Below are positions 50,490-63,553 of a DNA stretch of 64,000 nucleotides, piece after piece. The stretch lies in contig NW_026948187.1 of NCBI RefSeq assembly GCF_963921235.1, positions 6,696,001-6,760,000 on the forward strand, given 5' to 3'. The translations under genes were made by a program, and so were the position numbers. The stretch is from Mobula hypostoma (Eukaryota). The first letter of the stretch is position 1, and every line of letters starts with the position of its first letter. The notes below the pieces were generated by a model. The model did no database searches. It saw nothing but the letters and a program-made list of their open reading frames with translations, and had not been told where the DNA came from.

Positions 50490-52030
50490 TAGATCACTGC
50501 AGAACAATTAGGTCCCTACAACAGGGCCTGGGAAATGATTATTCAAGGGTATACGTCCTATCGAAAGGACAGACTGATGGGCAGAGGGGGTGGGATGGCT
50601 CTGTTGGTGAGGAATGATCTTCAGTCCCTTGCGTGGGGGGACATAGAATCAGGAGACGTAGAGTCAGTAGGAATGGAACTGAGAAACTCTAAGGGTAGAA
50701 AGACCCTAATGGGAGTTATCTACAGGCCCCCAAACAGTAGTCTGGATGTAGGATATGAGTTGAATCAAGAGTTAAAATTCGTTTGTCGCAAAGGTAATGC
50801 TACAGGTGTTATGGGGGATTTCAACATGCAGGTAGACTGGAGGAATCAGGTTGGTACTGGGCCCCAAGAAAGGGAGTTTGTGGAGTCCCTCTGAGTTGGA
50901 TTCTTAGAACAGCTTGTACTGGAGCCTACCAGAGAGAACGCAATTCTAGATTTAGTGTTGTGCAATGAAGCGGATTTGATCAGGGACCTCGAGGTAAAGG
51001 AGCCATTAGGAGGTAGTGACCATAATATGGTAAATTTTAATCTACAATTTGAGAGGGAGAAGGGAAACTCGGAAGTGTCAGTATTACAGTTGAACAAAGG
51101 GAACTATGGTGCTATGAGGGAGGAGCTGGCCAATGTTCAATGGAACAATACCCTAGCAGGGATGACAGTGGACCAGCAATGGCAAGTGTTTCTGGGAATA
51201 ATGCGGAAGGTGCAGGATCAGTTCGTTCCAAAGAGGAAGAAGGATCCTAAGGGGAGTCAGGGGAGGCCGTGGCTGACAAGGGAAGTAATGGACAGTGTAA
51301 AAATAAAAGAGAAGAAGTATAACATAGCAAAGACGAGTGGGAAGCCAGAGGATTGGGAAACATTTAAAGAGCCAGGAGAACGGCTTCGACAAGCCGGCTA
51401 AACCAGGTGAGGGTAGCCGACGGGTCTCAAACCCTCGGTGAGATAGGGAGTTGTCTATCCCAACATGTGAAGACAGACTCTGGTGGATTGAGCGGACGAG
51501 ACCAATGGAAGTTCCAACGGTCAAGAAGGCGGTCTCTGCAAGCGTCGTGGAACGTGTAGATCAGGACAAGACACAGAAGACGTCCTGGTCATCCACTGCG
51601 TCTAGTCCCATCTCCAGCCGTCTAGACTCTGTCTTGCCACTGGATCCAGATGGGAATTGGGAAGAGAGAGTGAGGCTGACGCTGCGCAACTCTCCCTCAC
51701 TTAAATCCAAATCACGCGCTAGTCTCGACACCATCATCATGGTGTCGAGGGCCTCATCGACGTTAAGGATGGACGAACAACAACGTGGGGAAAAAATGAG
51801 GTACGAAGGTAAGCTGGATAAGAATATAAAGGAGGAGAGTAACAGCTTCTTTAGGTATGTGAAAAGGAAAAAAAAAATAGTTAAGACCAAAATTTGGCCC
51901 TTGAAGAGAGAAGCGGGTGAATTTATTATGGGGAACAAGGAAATGGCAGACGAGTTGAACAGGTACTTTGGATCTGTCATCACTAGGGAAGACACAATCC
52001 CCCAGATGTAATAGTGCCCAAAAGACCTAG
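50490..52030 (+). mobile_element. Duplicate of the CR1 endonuclease fragment with its nested insertion
   Basis: Near-identical to 41590-43066. Confidence 0.9.
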
Positions 52031-52059
52031 GGTAATGGTACTCGTTTTGGGTTTCTCAA

Positions 52060-52560
52060 CTACCCTATCTACCTATGAGGCATGTGCGAGACAGAGAGAG
52101 ATGTCTGAGGTTAGCAGACACCAACAGAATCAACAAACTCATCCGTAAGGCCAGTGATGTTGTGGGGATGGAACTGGACTCTCTGACGGTGGTGTCTGAA
52201 AAGAGGATGCTGTCCAAGTTGCATGCCATCTTGGTCAATGTCTCCCATCCCTACATAATGTACTGGTTGGGCACAGGAGTACATTCAGCCAGAGACTCAT
52301 TCCACCGAGATGCAACACAGAGCGTCATAGGAAGTCATTCCTGCCTGTGGCCATCAAACTTTACAACTCCTCCCTTGGAGGGTCAGACACCCTGTGCCAA
52401 TAGTTTGGTCCTGGACTTATTTCATAATTTACTGGCATAATTTAATATTAGTATTTAACTATTTATGGTTCTATTACTATTTATTATTTATGGTGCAACT
52501 GTAACGAATATCAATTTCCCTCTGGAATCAATAATGTATGACTATGACTATGACTGCTAT
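52060..52560 (+). mobile_element. Rex1/Babar-type 3' end with (TATGAC)n tail
   Basis: INKLIRKASDVVGMELDSL..KRMLSKLHAIL..HP. Confidence 0.75.
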
Positions 52561-52639
52561 ATTTCCTTGCCGCTTTTAACCTCACAACCACAATCCCATT
52601 ATTTGACAATGCAGTTTGTGCCCTGAAGAAACTATCTAT

Positions 52640-54050
52640 CTCTCTCTCTCGAATGATTTGGTTGATGGGATTGATGGCTGTGTGGTCTCTTTTCCGGACG
52701 ATACGAAGATAACCGGAGGTCAGGTATTTTTAAGGAAGCACAGATGCTTCAGAACAGGAGGATGGGCAAAGAGGTGGCAAACAGCAAAACGTAAGTGTAG
52801 ATTATTTTTAAACGGATGTAAAATTCAAAAATCTGCCGCGCAAAGGAACCTTGGAGTCCTCGTGCAAGATTCCCTGATGGTTAATTTGCAGTGTCGGTCT
52901 GTGGTGCGGAATAATGTTTCGGCACAGACTAGAGGGGCCGAATAGCCCGTTTTCTGTGCTGTAGTGTTTTATGGTTCTATGGAATGCAATGATAGCATTG
53001 ATTTCGAAAGGCCCAAATTGCAGTAGCAAGGATTGAACGTCGAGGCTGTGTAAAGCACTGGCGAGGTCCCACTTGTGGTATTGTGCGCAGTTTAGGACCC
53101 TTATCTAGGAAAAGGATGTGCTGACGTTGGAGAGGGTTCAAAGGACGTTAACAAAAATGAGTCCGCGCTCGAAAAGTTTGTCATATGAAGAGACCGGGAG
53201 GGGTGTTGGGGAGGGAGGGGGGTGACTGAGACGGGGAAGGGTGCAGGGGAGGGAGAAGGTGACGGAGATGGGGAGGGATGTAGGGGAGGGAGAGATTGAT
53301 AAGGACGTGGAGGAGGGTAGGGGAGGGAGGGGTGACGGAGACGGAGAGCAGTGTAGGGCAGAGAGGGGTGACGAAGATGGGGAGCGGTGTTGGGGTGGGA
53401 GGGTGGCGGTGACGGGGAGGGGTGGAGGGGAGAAATAGAGTTTGATGGTTTTCGGCCTGTATTCACCTGAATTCAGCAGAATGAGTGGTGACACAGTTGA
53501 AACCTGTATTGAAGCACCTCAATAGATGCGATGTGGATAAGATGTTGCTTATGGTACGGGAGTCTAAAACCAGATTAGTCAGGGCATGACGGGATACGGG
53601 GTGAAGGTAGGTGTTTGGTGCTGAGCGGAAAAAATGGATCAGTTTTGATGAAACAGCGGAGCAAACTCAGTCCGCCTGTATGTTATGGAAGCGTTGTCAT
53701 TAGAGAGGGTCTACAGGGAATTCAAGGGAGATGATTTCGGGAACGAAGGGATTAACATTTGAGTGGCGTTGGGCAGCTTTGGGTCTGTACTCACTGGAAT
53801 GTTGAAGAATTCGTGGTGATCTCATTGAAACCTATCGATTGTTGAAAGGACTAGATAAGGTGGATGTGGAGAAGATGTTTCCCGTGGTGGGGGTATCCAG
53901 AACTGGAGGGCACGGCCGCAAAGCTGAGGGGCATCTTTTAGAAAAGAGTTAAGGAGGATTTCCTTTTTAGCCAGAGAGTTATGGATCTGTGGAATCCTCT
54001 GCCTCAGACTGCGGTGGAGACCAAACCGTAGGCACATTTAAAGCGAAAAT
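52640..54050 (+). mobile_element. Degenerate CR1 RT and 3' fragments with a purine-rich tract
   Basis: FPDDTKITG and DLGVLVQDSL-like motifs; CR1 3' end. Confidence 0.75.
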
Positions 54051-54059
54051 TATTAGTTT

Positions 54060-55548
54060 CCTGTATAAGGGTTTTTTTCCTTTTATGTTACTGCTAAGGT
54101 GAATACAATGGCTTCTCTGTACTGTTAACTGCTGAGCCAGTGGTTCTCTATAGCAGCATGTTTGGGTTATAATTAGTGATAACGGGACTATCATTCATTT
54201 GATAACCAACGGGGATAGATGTTATACTTCCTGTCTGTGTGAAAGCTGTCAGTTTGCCCGGGGCTTCGGGGGAGAAGGCGCGAGGAGGATGAAGAGAGAA
54301 GAGGTGGGCTGAGGAGACGGTTGCCGGACCCGCTGGGCTTGGGCTCGGGGCGGGAGCCCAGGGGTCGACGAAGAGCGAAGGAGGATCAGTGACAGGAAAA
54401 CAATGAGCTTCAACGATTGTGAACTGGACATGATCATGAGATTACTGGCGCCTTTTATTTGTTTTCCGTTTCGTTTTCTCTACCTACCCAATACTTAAAT
54501 ATAAGCTCTTAATGGTGTAACCGCACTTTGTGTCGTGAATATTATTTCGGGGTACTGATGTTACACAGGAGACACAACACGCAGCATCCACCCAAACAAG
54601 AATGCTAAAGTTTGGTCCGGGAGGGGGAGCCACCCACGAGATCATGCCACTAGGTGAAGCGAGTCTGACACCTGCTTGGTCCGGACCACAAAGGATGTGG
54701 CGAGAAAGCGGGTGAATGAGGTTGAGTGGCGTCTCGGATAAGTCACAATGGAATGGCGGAGCAAACTCGACAGGCTGGTTGTCTAATTCTGCATTTTTGT
54801 CTTATGCTTTGTGGTGTTATGGTCCCATTCCCTCCGCGGTTGCTCATCGCCGTGTTGGGGGATGGGTAACTCAGTTCCTCCACCAATCACATTTCAGGAA
54901 GGCCCACCAGCTTAGTGCATACACAGTGAACGCACGGCCCCAGCGGGGAGTTGTAGACTGTAGGGACACGAAAATACAGGTGCATAGAATACACAGCTGG
55001 GTCTACTTCACATGTAATTTAAATTATTTGTTGAACTGATTAGGAAGAACATCATGATCCAAACGGCCTGTTCCGGTGATGCATAGTGGTCCCTGTTCTA
55101 TGCTGTATATCCGGTTATGAAACAAGAAAGTAAATTAAATTGATTTATTGGTAATTGGGGTCATTATTCTCAATTTCAGTGCACAAGTGAGGCTCCATAA
55201 AGCCTCATCATTACGTCGTTTCCTTTCAATGCGGTAGTATTCGAGTTGGGTAGCGAGTGACTGATGGGTTCTCCCTGCAATAGTACAAACAGATTAAGCT
55301 AATTAAAGGGATTACAGATTAAAACAGTCTCCTTGCCTCCAAAACCTCTCCATTAACCGCTCATCCATAAGAGTCTCTCAAACGCTTGTCTCCTTCCACC
55401 GCTCTTGACAGCACATTACAAGCACCCTCCGCTCTCTGTGCGGAAGTGGTTTCTTCTTTTGTGTTACTGCTGAGGCGAATGAAAATGGCCTCTTTTGTAT
55501 GTCAGAATAAAAAGGCTTTTTCTGTAATAATAACTGCGATGTAAGGAA

Positions 55549-55620
<72 letters not shown>

Positions 55621-56160
55621 GCTTGTTTCGGGGTATATTATTAATAAGAGAAAGAAAAAACCAATTGGGGTAGATGTTATACTTTCTTGTGTGTCTGTAA
55701 GCTATTGTTTTCGCGGGCTTTGGGGCAGAAGGCGCGATGGGGACGGAGAGAGGAGATGCGATGCTGTAAGATGGGCGGCAGGACGGACCCCGAGCTGGAG
55801 TACGAGGCCCAGGGTCTTCGGCGGGGAAAGGAGACGAAGAGAGACTCGTGTGGAGCGTCTGGTCGAGCACTGTAGTTGGTCACAGGCGGCGGGTGGAGGT
55901 GGTCGGAAGGGATGGAAAGGTGGGAAAGTGACTCCGTTAACTGACCTCCAACAGTTGTGCACGAAGTGGTTGCACTTTGATATGCTTGGCGCCTTATACT
56001 TTCCTTTTATATTTTCTCTCTATTAGTTACATAGTTCCAGTAAGATCTATAAAGTGTGAACATTTAATCGCATATGGTGTATTGTCTGTTATTCGGCGGG
56101 GTGGGGGACCACCCACGTAAACTTGATATACCAAGTTTGGCGACGCCGAAAGCTGTTCCA
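54060..56160. mobile_element. Two diverged related repeats (about 54060-54640 and 55440-56160), probably solo LTRs
   Basis: Share TGTTACTGCT(A/G)AGG, GATGTTATACTT and GGGGA(G)CCACCCACG blocks. Termini not resolved. Confidence 0.45.
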
Positions 56161-56411
56161 CCTAGACGAAAGCGATCTGAGGCAACCTGAGGCTACCAGG
56201 GAGCTACATATGTAAAAAAAAAATGCATTCCCCTCACATCTCCTTTGAACTTTAAGGCATTTCCACCCTGTCTACGTTATCAATTAAACGGTTTAGCTTA
56301 CACGTTTTCGGAGAAGGAAAAGCAAAACGAAGGTCCCGTCGACTGTACCTCTTCCGAGAGATGCTGCCTGGCCTGCTGCGTTCACCAGCAACTTTTATGT
56401 GTGTTGTTCAA

Positions 56412-56665
56412 ACACTAGGTGTCGCTCCCGGCACACCGTCCCTGGACGCAATGCCCGCGTTGAGACACTAGGTGTCGCTCCCGGCACACCGTCCCTGGAC
56501 GCCCTGCCCGCGTTGAGACACTAGGTGCCGCTCCCGGCATACCGTCCCCTCACGCACTGCCCGCGTTGAGACACTAGGTGTCGCTCCCGGCACACCGTCC
56601 CTGGACGCCCTGCCCGCGTTGAGACACTAGGTGTCGCTCCCACCACACCGTCCCCTCACGCACTC
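56412..56665. repeat. 53-bp minisatellite, about 4.8 copies
   Basis: ACACTAGGTG starts at 56412, 56465, 56518, 56571 and 56624. Confidence 0.95.
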
Positions 56666-57203
56666 GCCGGGTTCAGAAAGGGCTCATTTCAATGATACGG
56701 TCTAATTGCACAAGTTGGAGCTCAGGGTTTCCCCTTCGCTGATTCTCCTTCGATCTTCCCGGCCTTTGTTGGATCACTCCGCCGTCTTCTCTCCTCATCT
56801 CTCGCCGAACAGATAACCCGGATCACCCCGGTGTCCGGCACACGGCACGGAAACACCCTCCCATCATGGGACAGCTCACATTCAGAAGCTCCCGTTATCT
56901 CTCACCATCACCCGAACATTGGCAGTGAAACCTTTCCCAGGGTGTTGCAACTGTCTCTCAGTACACGTGTAAATAACAGTAATAAACCAATTCTACTCCA
57001 GCACAGATAATCTACCCAGAGGTTTTGTGAAACTACAACATACCGAACTGCTCCTTGACTCACTGCTAACATATCGCAGACCTTCTTTCAACGCCAGTTA
57101 GAAGAGGGAGATAGACCAGCGTCTGGTTGGACAAACCGAAGCGGAAAGAGGGAGGAGGGAGTAGAAAATGAGGTGGTGCATTCGGAACAGATTCGACAGA
57201 AGG

Positions 57204-58334
57204 ATGCTGCTGTTACTGCTGTTGACGGTTCGCTCCAAAGTGAGTGATATCTTTGAAGCATTATCTTTTTTCCCCTTCCCTTGTTTGATTTTAATCTCCC
57301 TCACTTGATTGCAACACGGCCAAACTTGCATCCGTTTCCTCTGCCCGTCCAATCGGCTTTCCCTCCGTTCTGCATCTCCCCTCCCATATATTATTCTTGG
57401 TTTTCACCTTCCCCCTCCTGCTCCTTCGCTCCAGTTCACTTATCCCGAAAAGTGCGAACTGTTGCATTTCAGGAAGCAAACCCAAGGGAGGGGTTTCGCC
57501 TTGGGACAGTGGGGAGCACTGCAGAAGAGAGGGATCTAACTTTGCTGAACGCGGTGACACGTTGTCTTACAGTTGGATAAGAATTGGTGAGGCGGCATTA
57601 GGAGCATCGGCCTATGGATGTGTACAACGTTAGGATCTAAAGACCTGCGTTGCCGGGAGAAGTTGTGCAAGCCGGGCCTTTATTGCGTAGGACACTGAGG
57701 GATGACGTCATAGAGGTGTTCAAGATCATGACGTGGGCAACAACTGAGCGAACTCGTCGTCTTTTTCCCCAGATGAAAATTAAAGATTAAAGATTAAATA
57801 TAAAAAATTAGATTTATTTATCGCGTGTACATCGAAACATACGGTGAAAGGCGACGTGATGCGTCAAACGACCAACACGGTCAGATAATGTGCGGAAGAG
57901 CGGCCAGCAGGTATCGCCACCCTTCCCGCGCCAGCACAGCATGGCTACGGCTCACCGAGATTACTCCTTCAGTGACTTTTTGCCCCAGTGCCCCGATTTT
58001 TGGTTAAATTCACTCTCTTCCTCTCTCCCTCAATTTCATAGGTGTCAACTCTGTCACCATCGCGCAGACGCCCGTCGCGATCTCCGGCTATCCCGGGAAG
58101 AGGGTGGACCTGTCGTGCGCGGTGCAGGGTAGCACAGCCACCATGTTCTGGTACAGACAGCACCAGGGGAAGGGGCTGCAGTACCTCTTCTCCTCCGAAA
58201 CCACCGTTCACGTCAACCCAGATGGGCAGGTAGAAGCCTTCACCGCGGAATGACCGACTGAAAGCAGCTTCAAACTGGTGTTCTCCGGCCTGTGGGCGAA
58301 TCACTCGGCCGTGTATTACTGCGCTTGGAGTCCG
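57204..58334 (+). pseudogene. TRBV: TRBV pseudogene V14 (paralog of V7)
   Basis: Probable leader 57204-57239 (MLLLLLLTVRSK, GTGAGT donor, phase 0). V exon 58042-58334 has TGA at 58251-58253. CR1 and SINE fragments lie in the intron. Confidence 0.88.
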
Positions 58335-58373
58335 CACAGAGGCCCAGCGAGATGGGGGAGCTGAACAGAAACT
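58335..58373 (+). other. 23-RSS of V14
   Basis: CACAGAG, 23-nt spacer, ACAGAAACT. Confidence 0.9.
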
Positions 58374-59479
58374 CTCAGGTTTCACAAAGGCGGAGCGCGT
58401 TTCTTCCGTCAAGGAGGGAGGGGCGAGTCTGCCCCTCAAAGCGGAAGCGGCCGCGCTGTCAATCACAAGCGTGAGTACAAAGCTATGTCTGCATAGTCAT
58501 ACCCAAGCAAACGCTCTTCGAAGGCGTTTCCGCTCATGATCCCTACTTGCCGCCTTCCACGCTGCATCGGCGTCTTCGGCAGCATTTCGGCCCTTTTCAT
58601 GCCCATATTTCTTGCAACAATACGACAATTTCAAAGGAGATCTGAGAAGCAATAGTTTTACACAGGGTGGTAGGCGCCTGGGATGCGCCACCTAGAGTCG
58701 CGGTAGAGGCATGCAGATCGGGGACTGTTAAGAGACGTTTAGATAGACACACGAATATGAGGAAGCTGGAGGGTTGTAGTCCTTGTTTGGTCACGGGGGG
58801 ATAGTGACGCTGCCAACTAGATTGCCATTTGAAGATGGCGGCGAGACACAGCTGAATGATATCTGTAATCTGTCAAGTAGGGTGCCGTGCACAATCCCGT
58901 GAGAGAAAGGAGGAACATCTGGACAAACTTCTGAAATGCCTTTATCGCTGTCGCTGTTTTTGCGTGATCCAGAATCTGCGGAGGGGAAGGCCCCGAATCC
59001 TTGGCTTTGCTTGTTGCTCGGCGGCCGGGACGGGATCGAAGCGCACGGCTGAGGTGGTGCTCGGTGCTCGATGTCGAAGGACTGTTCGGAGGCTCGTAGT
59101 TATCGGACGGGCTCTGAGTCGGCTGTGGTCGGGTGCTTCCAATGCATTGACAGTTTTCGGTGCCTGGAGGTTTATGGCAGAGTGAGCTTCTCCCTTCTGC
59201 CGCCTGCTGTCGGGGACTATCGGGAGTCGATCGGAACTTTGAGACTTTTTTTTTTACCGTTCCCATTGTCTCCACTTTATCAAGTTATGGTATTGCTTTG
59301 CACTGCTGTAACTATATGTTATAATTATGTGGTCTTGTCAGTGTCAGTCTTTGGTTTGTCCTTTTTTTGTGAGATCACTCTGGAGGAACATTGTATCTTT
59401 TCTTAATGCATGCATGCATTTCTAAATGACAATAAACGAGGACTGAGTGTCCTCATAATCTAATCTAATCTAAATTTTA

Positions 59480-60330
59480 ATTGGAATCCGGCGTAAGGGC
59501 CCGTCACTGTCCTACACTGCCTTATGTTCCTCTGCATCGGGTGCCAATATATGAAGATAAGACCTGTTAGGTTATTCAGCCCACCACGTCTACTCCGCTA
59601 TTCCATTCCCCTTCACAGACCCATTCTGCTAGCCCTTCCCTGTAATCTCCGACGCTCTGAGAACCTACAAGGACCTCCTCAGCCGTCTACGGCAATGTGT
59701 TCAGCAGATTCGCCCACCCTATTTCTGAGGATATCCCCTTTCATCTTTATTCCGAACGGGCAACCCTCTCTTCTGAGGCTGTTCCAAAATGACATGAAGC
59801 GAAGACGCCCCAACACCGATCCCTGCGGAACACCACTGCTCACCGGCGGCCAATCTCTTGGCCGCCTGTCAGCTAGCGCATCGTCTATCCAGTCTAGAGC
59901 CCTTACTGTCGTACTGTAAGTTCCTATCTTGTTAAACAGACTCATATGCGGCACCTTGTCAGACGAAAAGGCGTTCTTCCAGGACCAGGTTGGAAAGCGC
60001 TCTACAGATATTGCACACAGGACACAGCACATCTAAGACCATAAGACCATAAGGTAAAGGTGCACAATTAGGTCATTTGCCCCATCGAGGTTGTTCTTCA
60101 CGGCTGAGCCAATTTTCCTCACTGTCCCAATCGCCTGACTTCTCCCCGTATCCCTTCATTCTCTGTGGCAACGTATTCCACAGATTCACCGCCCTCTGGC
60201 TGAATAAATTCCTCCTTATCTCCGTTCTAATACGACGCCCCGCTAATCGGGGGTTGCAGCCTCTGGTCTTGGACTCTCCCATCATAGGAGTCATGCGCTC
60301 CACATCAAAGTTACGATAGCGCACAGAGCT
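59480..60330. mobile_element. Degenerate CR1 fragments
   Basis: SGVPQGSVLG and RRNLFSQRAVNLWN on the minus strand. Confidence 0.75.
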
Positions 60331-61119
60331 ATCCAAACGATATTGGCGCAGCTCCTTGGGTAGCATGGGCTGAAGATTGATGGTTCATAGGAGATTGTCC
60401 TGGAGCGACGTTTCTGCAGGAGCAATGATGCAACAGTTTCTCATCTCGCGATGGTTCCGCAAGCGAAGGCAATGCGGCTTGACTTCCCGGGAGAGCAAAC
60501 TGGAGAGCGACGCCGACGGGAGCTGGCCTGCGGGGGCCGGTACCGAATCCGGCACGTGGCTCCCAGGCGCACCGCACCATTGCGGTCTGTAATAAGGAAC
60601 TCAGCAAGAGGGTCAGGCCCGCGCAAAAACTGGTGTCACGGAAATTCTACCCCACCCCACGCCACCCCCGTCTGTCGCACTGATAAAAAAATAAACGGAC
60701 TTGCATTGGTTTTTTTTTATTGACAATTTGGAAAGACGCACATTTTCCCCATTTGCTGAACCCGCAGAGGCGTCTGCAACCGAGCGCGCCGCCATCTTAC
60801 TGGAACAACCAAATGTCGTTGGGATGCGGTTTGTGTAATAGAGCATATCACGTAGAAAATACAGAGCGGCGTGGAACAGGCCATTCGGCCTATCAATGCT
60901 CAACAAAAATGATACCTTCGGCCTCTACCAATCACTGTAGTTTCGCACGCCCATCTGACAACGGCTTCAGTTCAAATTCAGGGTTATTGTCGTTGACCTG
61001 TCGACACAGCCAGATGAAACCACGCTCGTTAGGGAACGAGAGGCGAAGCGCTGAACACGTATCACATCCAGCACATAAAGTAATATTAACTCAATGAAAG
61101 GAACAGATAAAAACAGTCT

Positions 61120-61430
61120 TCTGGGGCCGGCTGGTGGCGCCGGACCCGGGAGCGGAGGTTCCCGGGTTCGAAACTAGCCTGGTCCGCCCCCGAGCACGCT
61201 TTCCACCCGTGCCGGGTTGACAGTCGAGATCGCAGCTCGACCTCGTAAAACGAAGGGAAAATACTGCGAAAAAATGTCTGCGTGAGGAGTGGCGCGCCAT
61301 ACAGTCTCTCTCCATCTCTCTCGCTCCGCGCCTTGTACAAAGCCGTGAAAAAGACTTCATCACGGACACGCAGACGCAGACGCAGACGCACAGACGCACA
61401 GACGCACAGACGCGCACGCACGCAGGCATA
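61120..61430 (+). mobile_element. tRNA-derived SINE with (GCAGAC/GCACAGAC)n tail
   Basis: GGGGCCGGCTGGTGGCGC..GGTTCGAAAC (A and B boxes). Confidence 0.65.
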
Positions 61431-62571
61431 AAGCGAGTATACGCCATATAGTTTTATAAAACTGCAGGCGACACGTTTCGTAAAGCCTGTTCCGCCATTC
61501 CATAATGGCTGATTTACCAAACGTTTCAGGAGAATTCTCTTGTCTACTCCCCGTAATATTGGATGGCATCACTAATCAAGGACCTATCAACCTTTACAAA
61601 TATAGCGAATGACTTGGCCTCACAGCTGGCCGTGGCAATGAATTACACTGTTCCACAATATGTCAATGAGAAAGAGCGAGGAGGGACAGAGAGAGAGCGG
61701 GAGGAGGAGACAGACAGAGAGAGAGAGATCATTTCTTCAGGGCACAAACTACAACGTCAAGGAATGGGATTACTGTGGTGAGGGTAAAGGCGGCAAGGAG
61801 GGATGTGATCATTCTGAAGCCAATCACCCAAAGCACTGTCCGTGAGACGCAAGATGTCTTCTGGTTGAACGACGGGGGGAATAATCCCTCGGTAGTAGAT
61901 CACAGCGTCAAAGAAGGTGGAAGGAGGAAATAACAGGATGATGTCACATGATACAACAAATGAGATGGATAGAGAATAAAAGAGAGCGAGAGAAAGAGAG
62001 GAATAGAGGGGCAGAGAGAGAGAGAGACAGAAAGAGTGTTGGGGAGAAACAAAGAAAGAGAGTCAAGGGTTTTGAAAGGGAATTCCTTTGTCTAACATGT
62101 GAGAAATTGACCATGAGAAGGGGGGGCGTGACAGAGAAAGAGAGAGAGAGAGAGAGAGAGAGGGCAGAGAAAGAGAGACGGAAAGAGAGGGAGAAAGAGA
62201 AAGAGGAGGAGGAGAAGAGGGGTGGGGGAGAGAGAGAGGGAGGAAGAGAGACAGTGACAGGGAGAGAGGCAGGGTGTTGGGGAGCGAGATAGAGAGAGAG
62301 TAAGGGGTATTAAGAGGTAATTCCTCGTCAAACATCGAAGGTGTGCTAAGAAATAACCTCAAATTAAAGGACAAGAAATTCTACTTGAGAACCAGAAGTT
62401 TACGGTGCGCCGGACTGAGCTACTATGCTGATGACCACGCTGATCCGGATTGGCTGAGTCGGGAGAGGAGGCGCGGCTAACATCCGAGACCTCCCACAAT
62501 CATCGTAAAGAGCAGGAGTGACTTCTCTTCCCTCGGGCACTCCATGTCCCGTCCATCTCGATTCTGTGGCG

Positions 62572-63553
62572 ATGGCCTGCGGAACGATGTTTCTGATACT
62601 GGGCATCATGAACTGGTTTGGATGAAAGTGGGTTTTATTTAGTGTCATATTTCCAAACTCTCCGTGCTTCCACCGTTTTCCGATATTCTTCTCTCCTGGC
62701 GATTTTATTTTTCTTTCGCTGTGCCTGCACCGAAACCCATCCCTGCCTCGGACCTGCGTTGAGACCAGCCCGGACAACTCGCTAACCACTCATCCCCAGA
62801 CAAATCGGAAACCGACTCGGCCGGCCATTGCTCTTGTCAAAACCCATCTCAGAGCGACGTCGGTATGAACGCTTGGTCGACACGTTGCTTCCGAGCCTCT
62901 GTCTCCAGGTCTCTGCTCTCCTCTCCCCCACCTCCCTCGATCACCGACATCTCTTTTCCCCCCTACACACTCTCAGGCACACACAGTCTGAAGCCTTACT
63001 TAATTTAACTCGAGGCATCATCCATAGCGGGGTGAAGGCCACCGAATCCTTGGTCCTGGGATAGCCTTGCAACTTCTCCCAGATGTAACCCATCCAAGTC
63101 CCTCCCTCTCTCCCTGGGATGAGCGACTTGACGCTTCCGTGGCGCGGGGTTTTTACGGGATGGGGTTAGAAGCTCCGCGGCCAACTCTCCTCCTTTCCCA
63201 ATCGTGCTTTGTGACCGGCCACGGCGGGGCTCCTCCACTGTCCGCTCTCTTCCCGCAGGCGGGAGCTCGGTGACCGTCCGCCAGACCCCAGCCGCCTTCT
63301 CCGCGCTGCCCGGCGGCGGGATGGATTTCGAGTGCACGGCGGAAGGGGGGAGCAACGCTCACTACATGTACTGGTACAGGCATACCCGGGGAGCGGGCCC
63401 GAACTCCTGGTTTACTCGAGGAACTACATGCATGTCGAACCGAAAGAAACGCCGGACGGTCTGAGGGCCCACAGGCTGGACAACCAGTTCAACGTGACTG
63501 CCAGCAGCCTGACTACGAATCACTCGGCTCACTATTTCTGCGCCTGGAGTTTA
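62572..63553 (+). pseudogene. TRBV: TRBV pseudogene V15
   Basis: Leader 62572-62623 MACGTMFLILGIMNWFG with donor changed from GT to GA. 295-nt V exon 63259-63553 has a 1-nt deletion near 63382 after WYR. Confidence 0.92.

Noticed and set aside
56412-56665. Regular repeats as a CRISPR-like array
   Set aside because: Head-to-tail units without unique spacers, in eukaryotic DNA.
60520-60607. Minus-strand peptide QTAMVRCAWEPRAGFGTGP resembling a germline-joined V-J (CAW..FGxG)
   Set aside because: No upstream V framework (no first Cys, no WYRQ), no TxLxV after FGxG, no splice donor and no RSS. Most likely chance.
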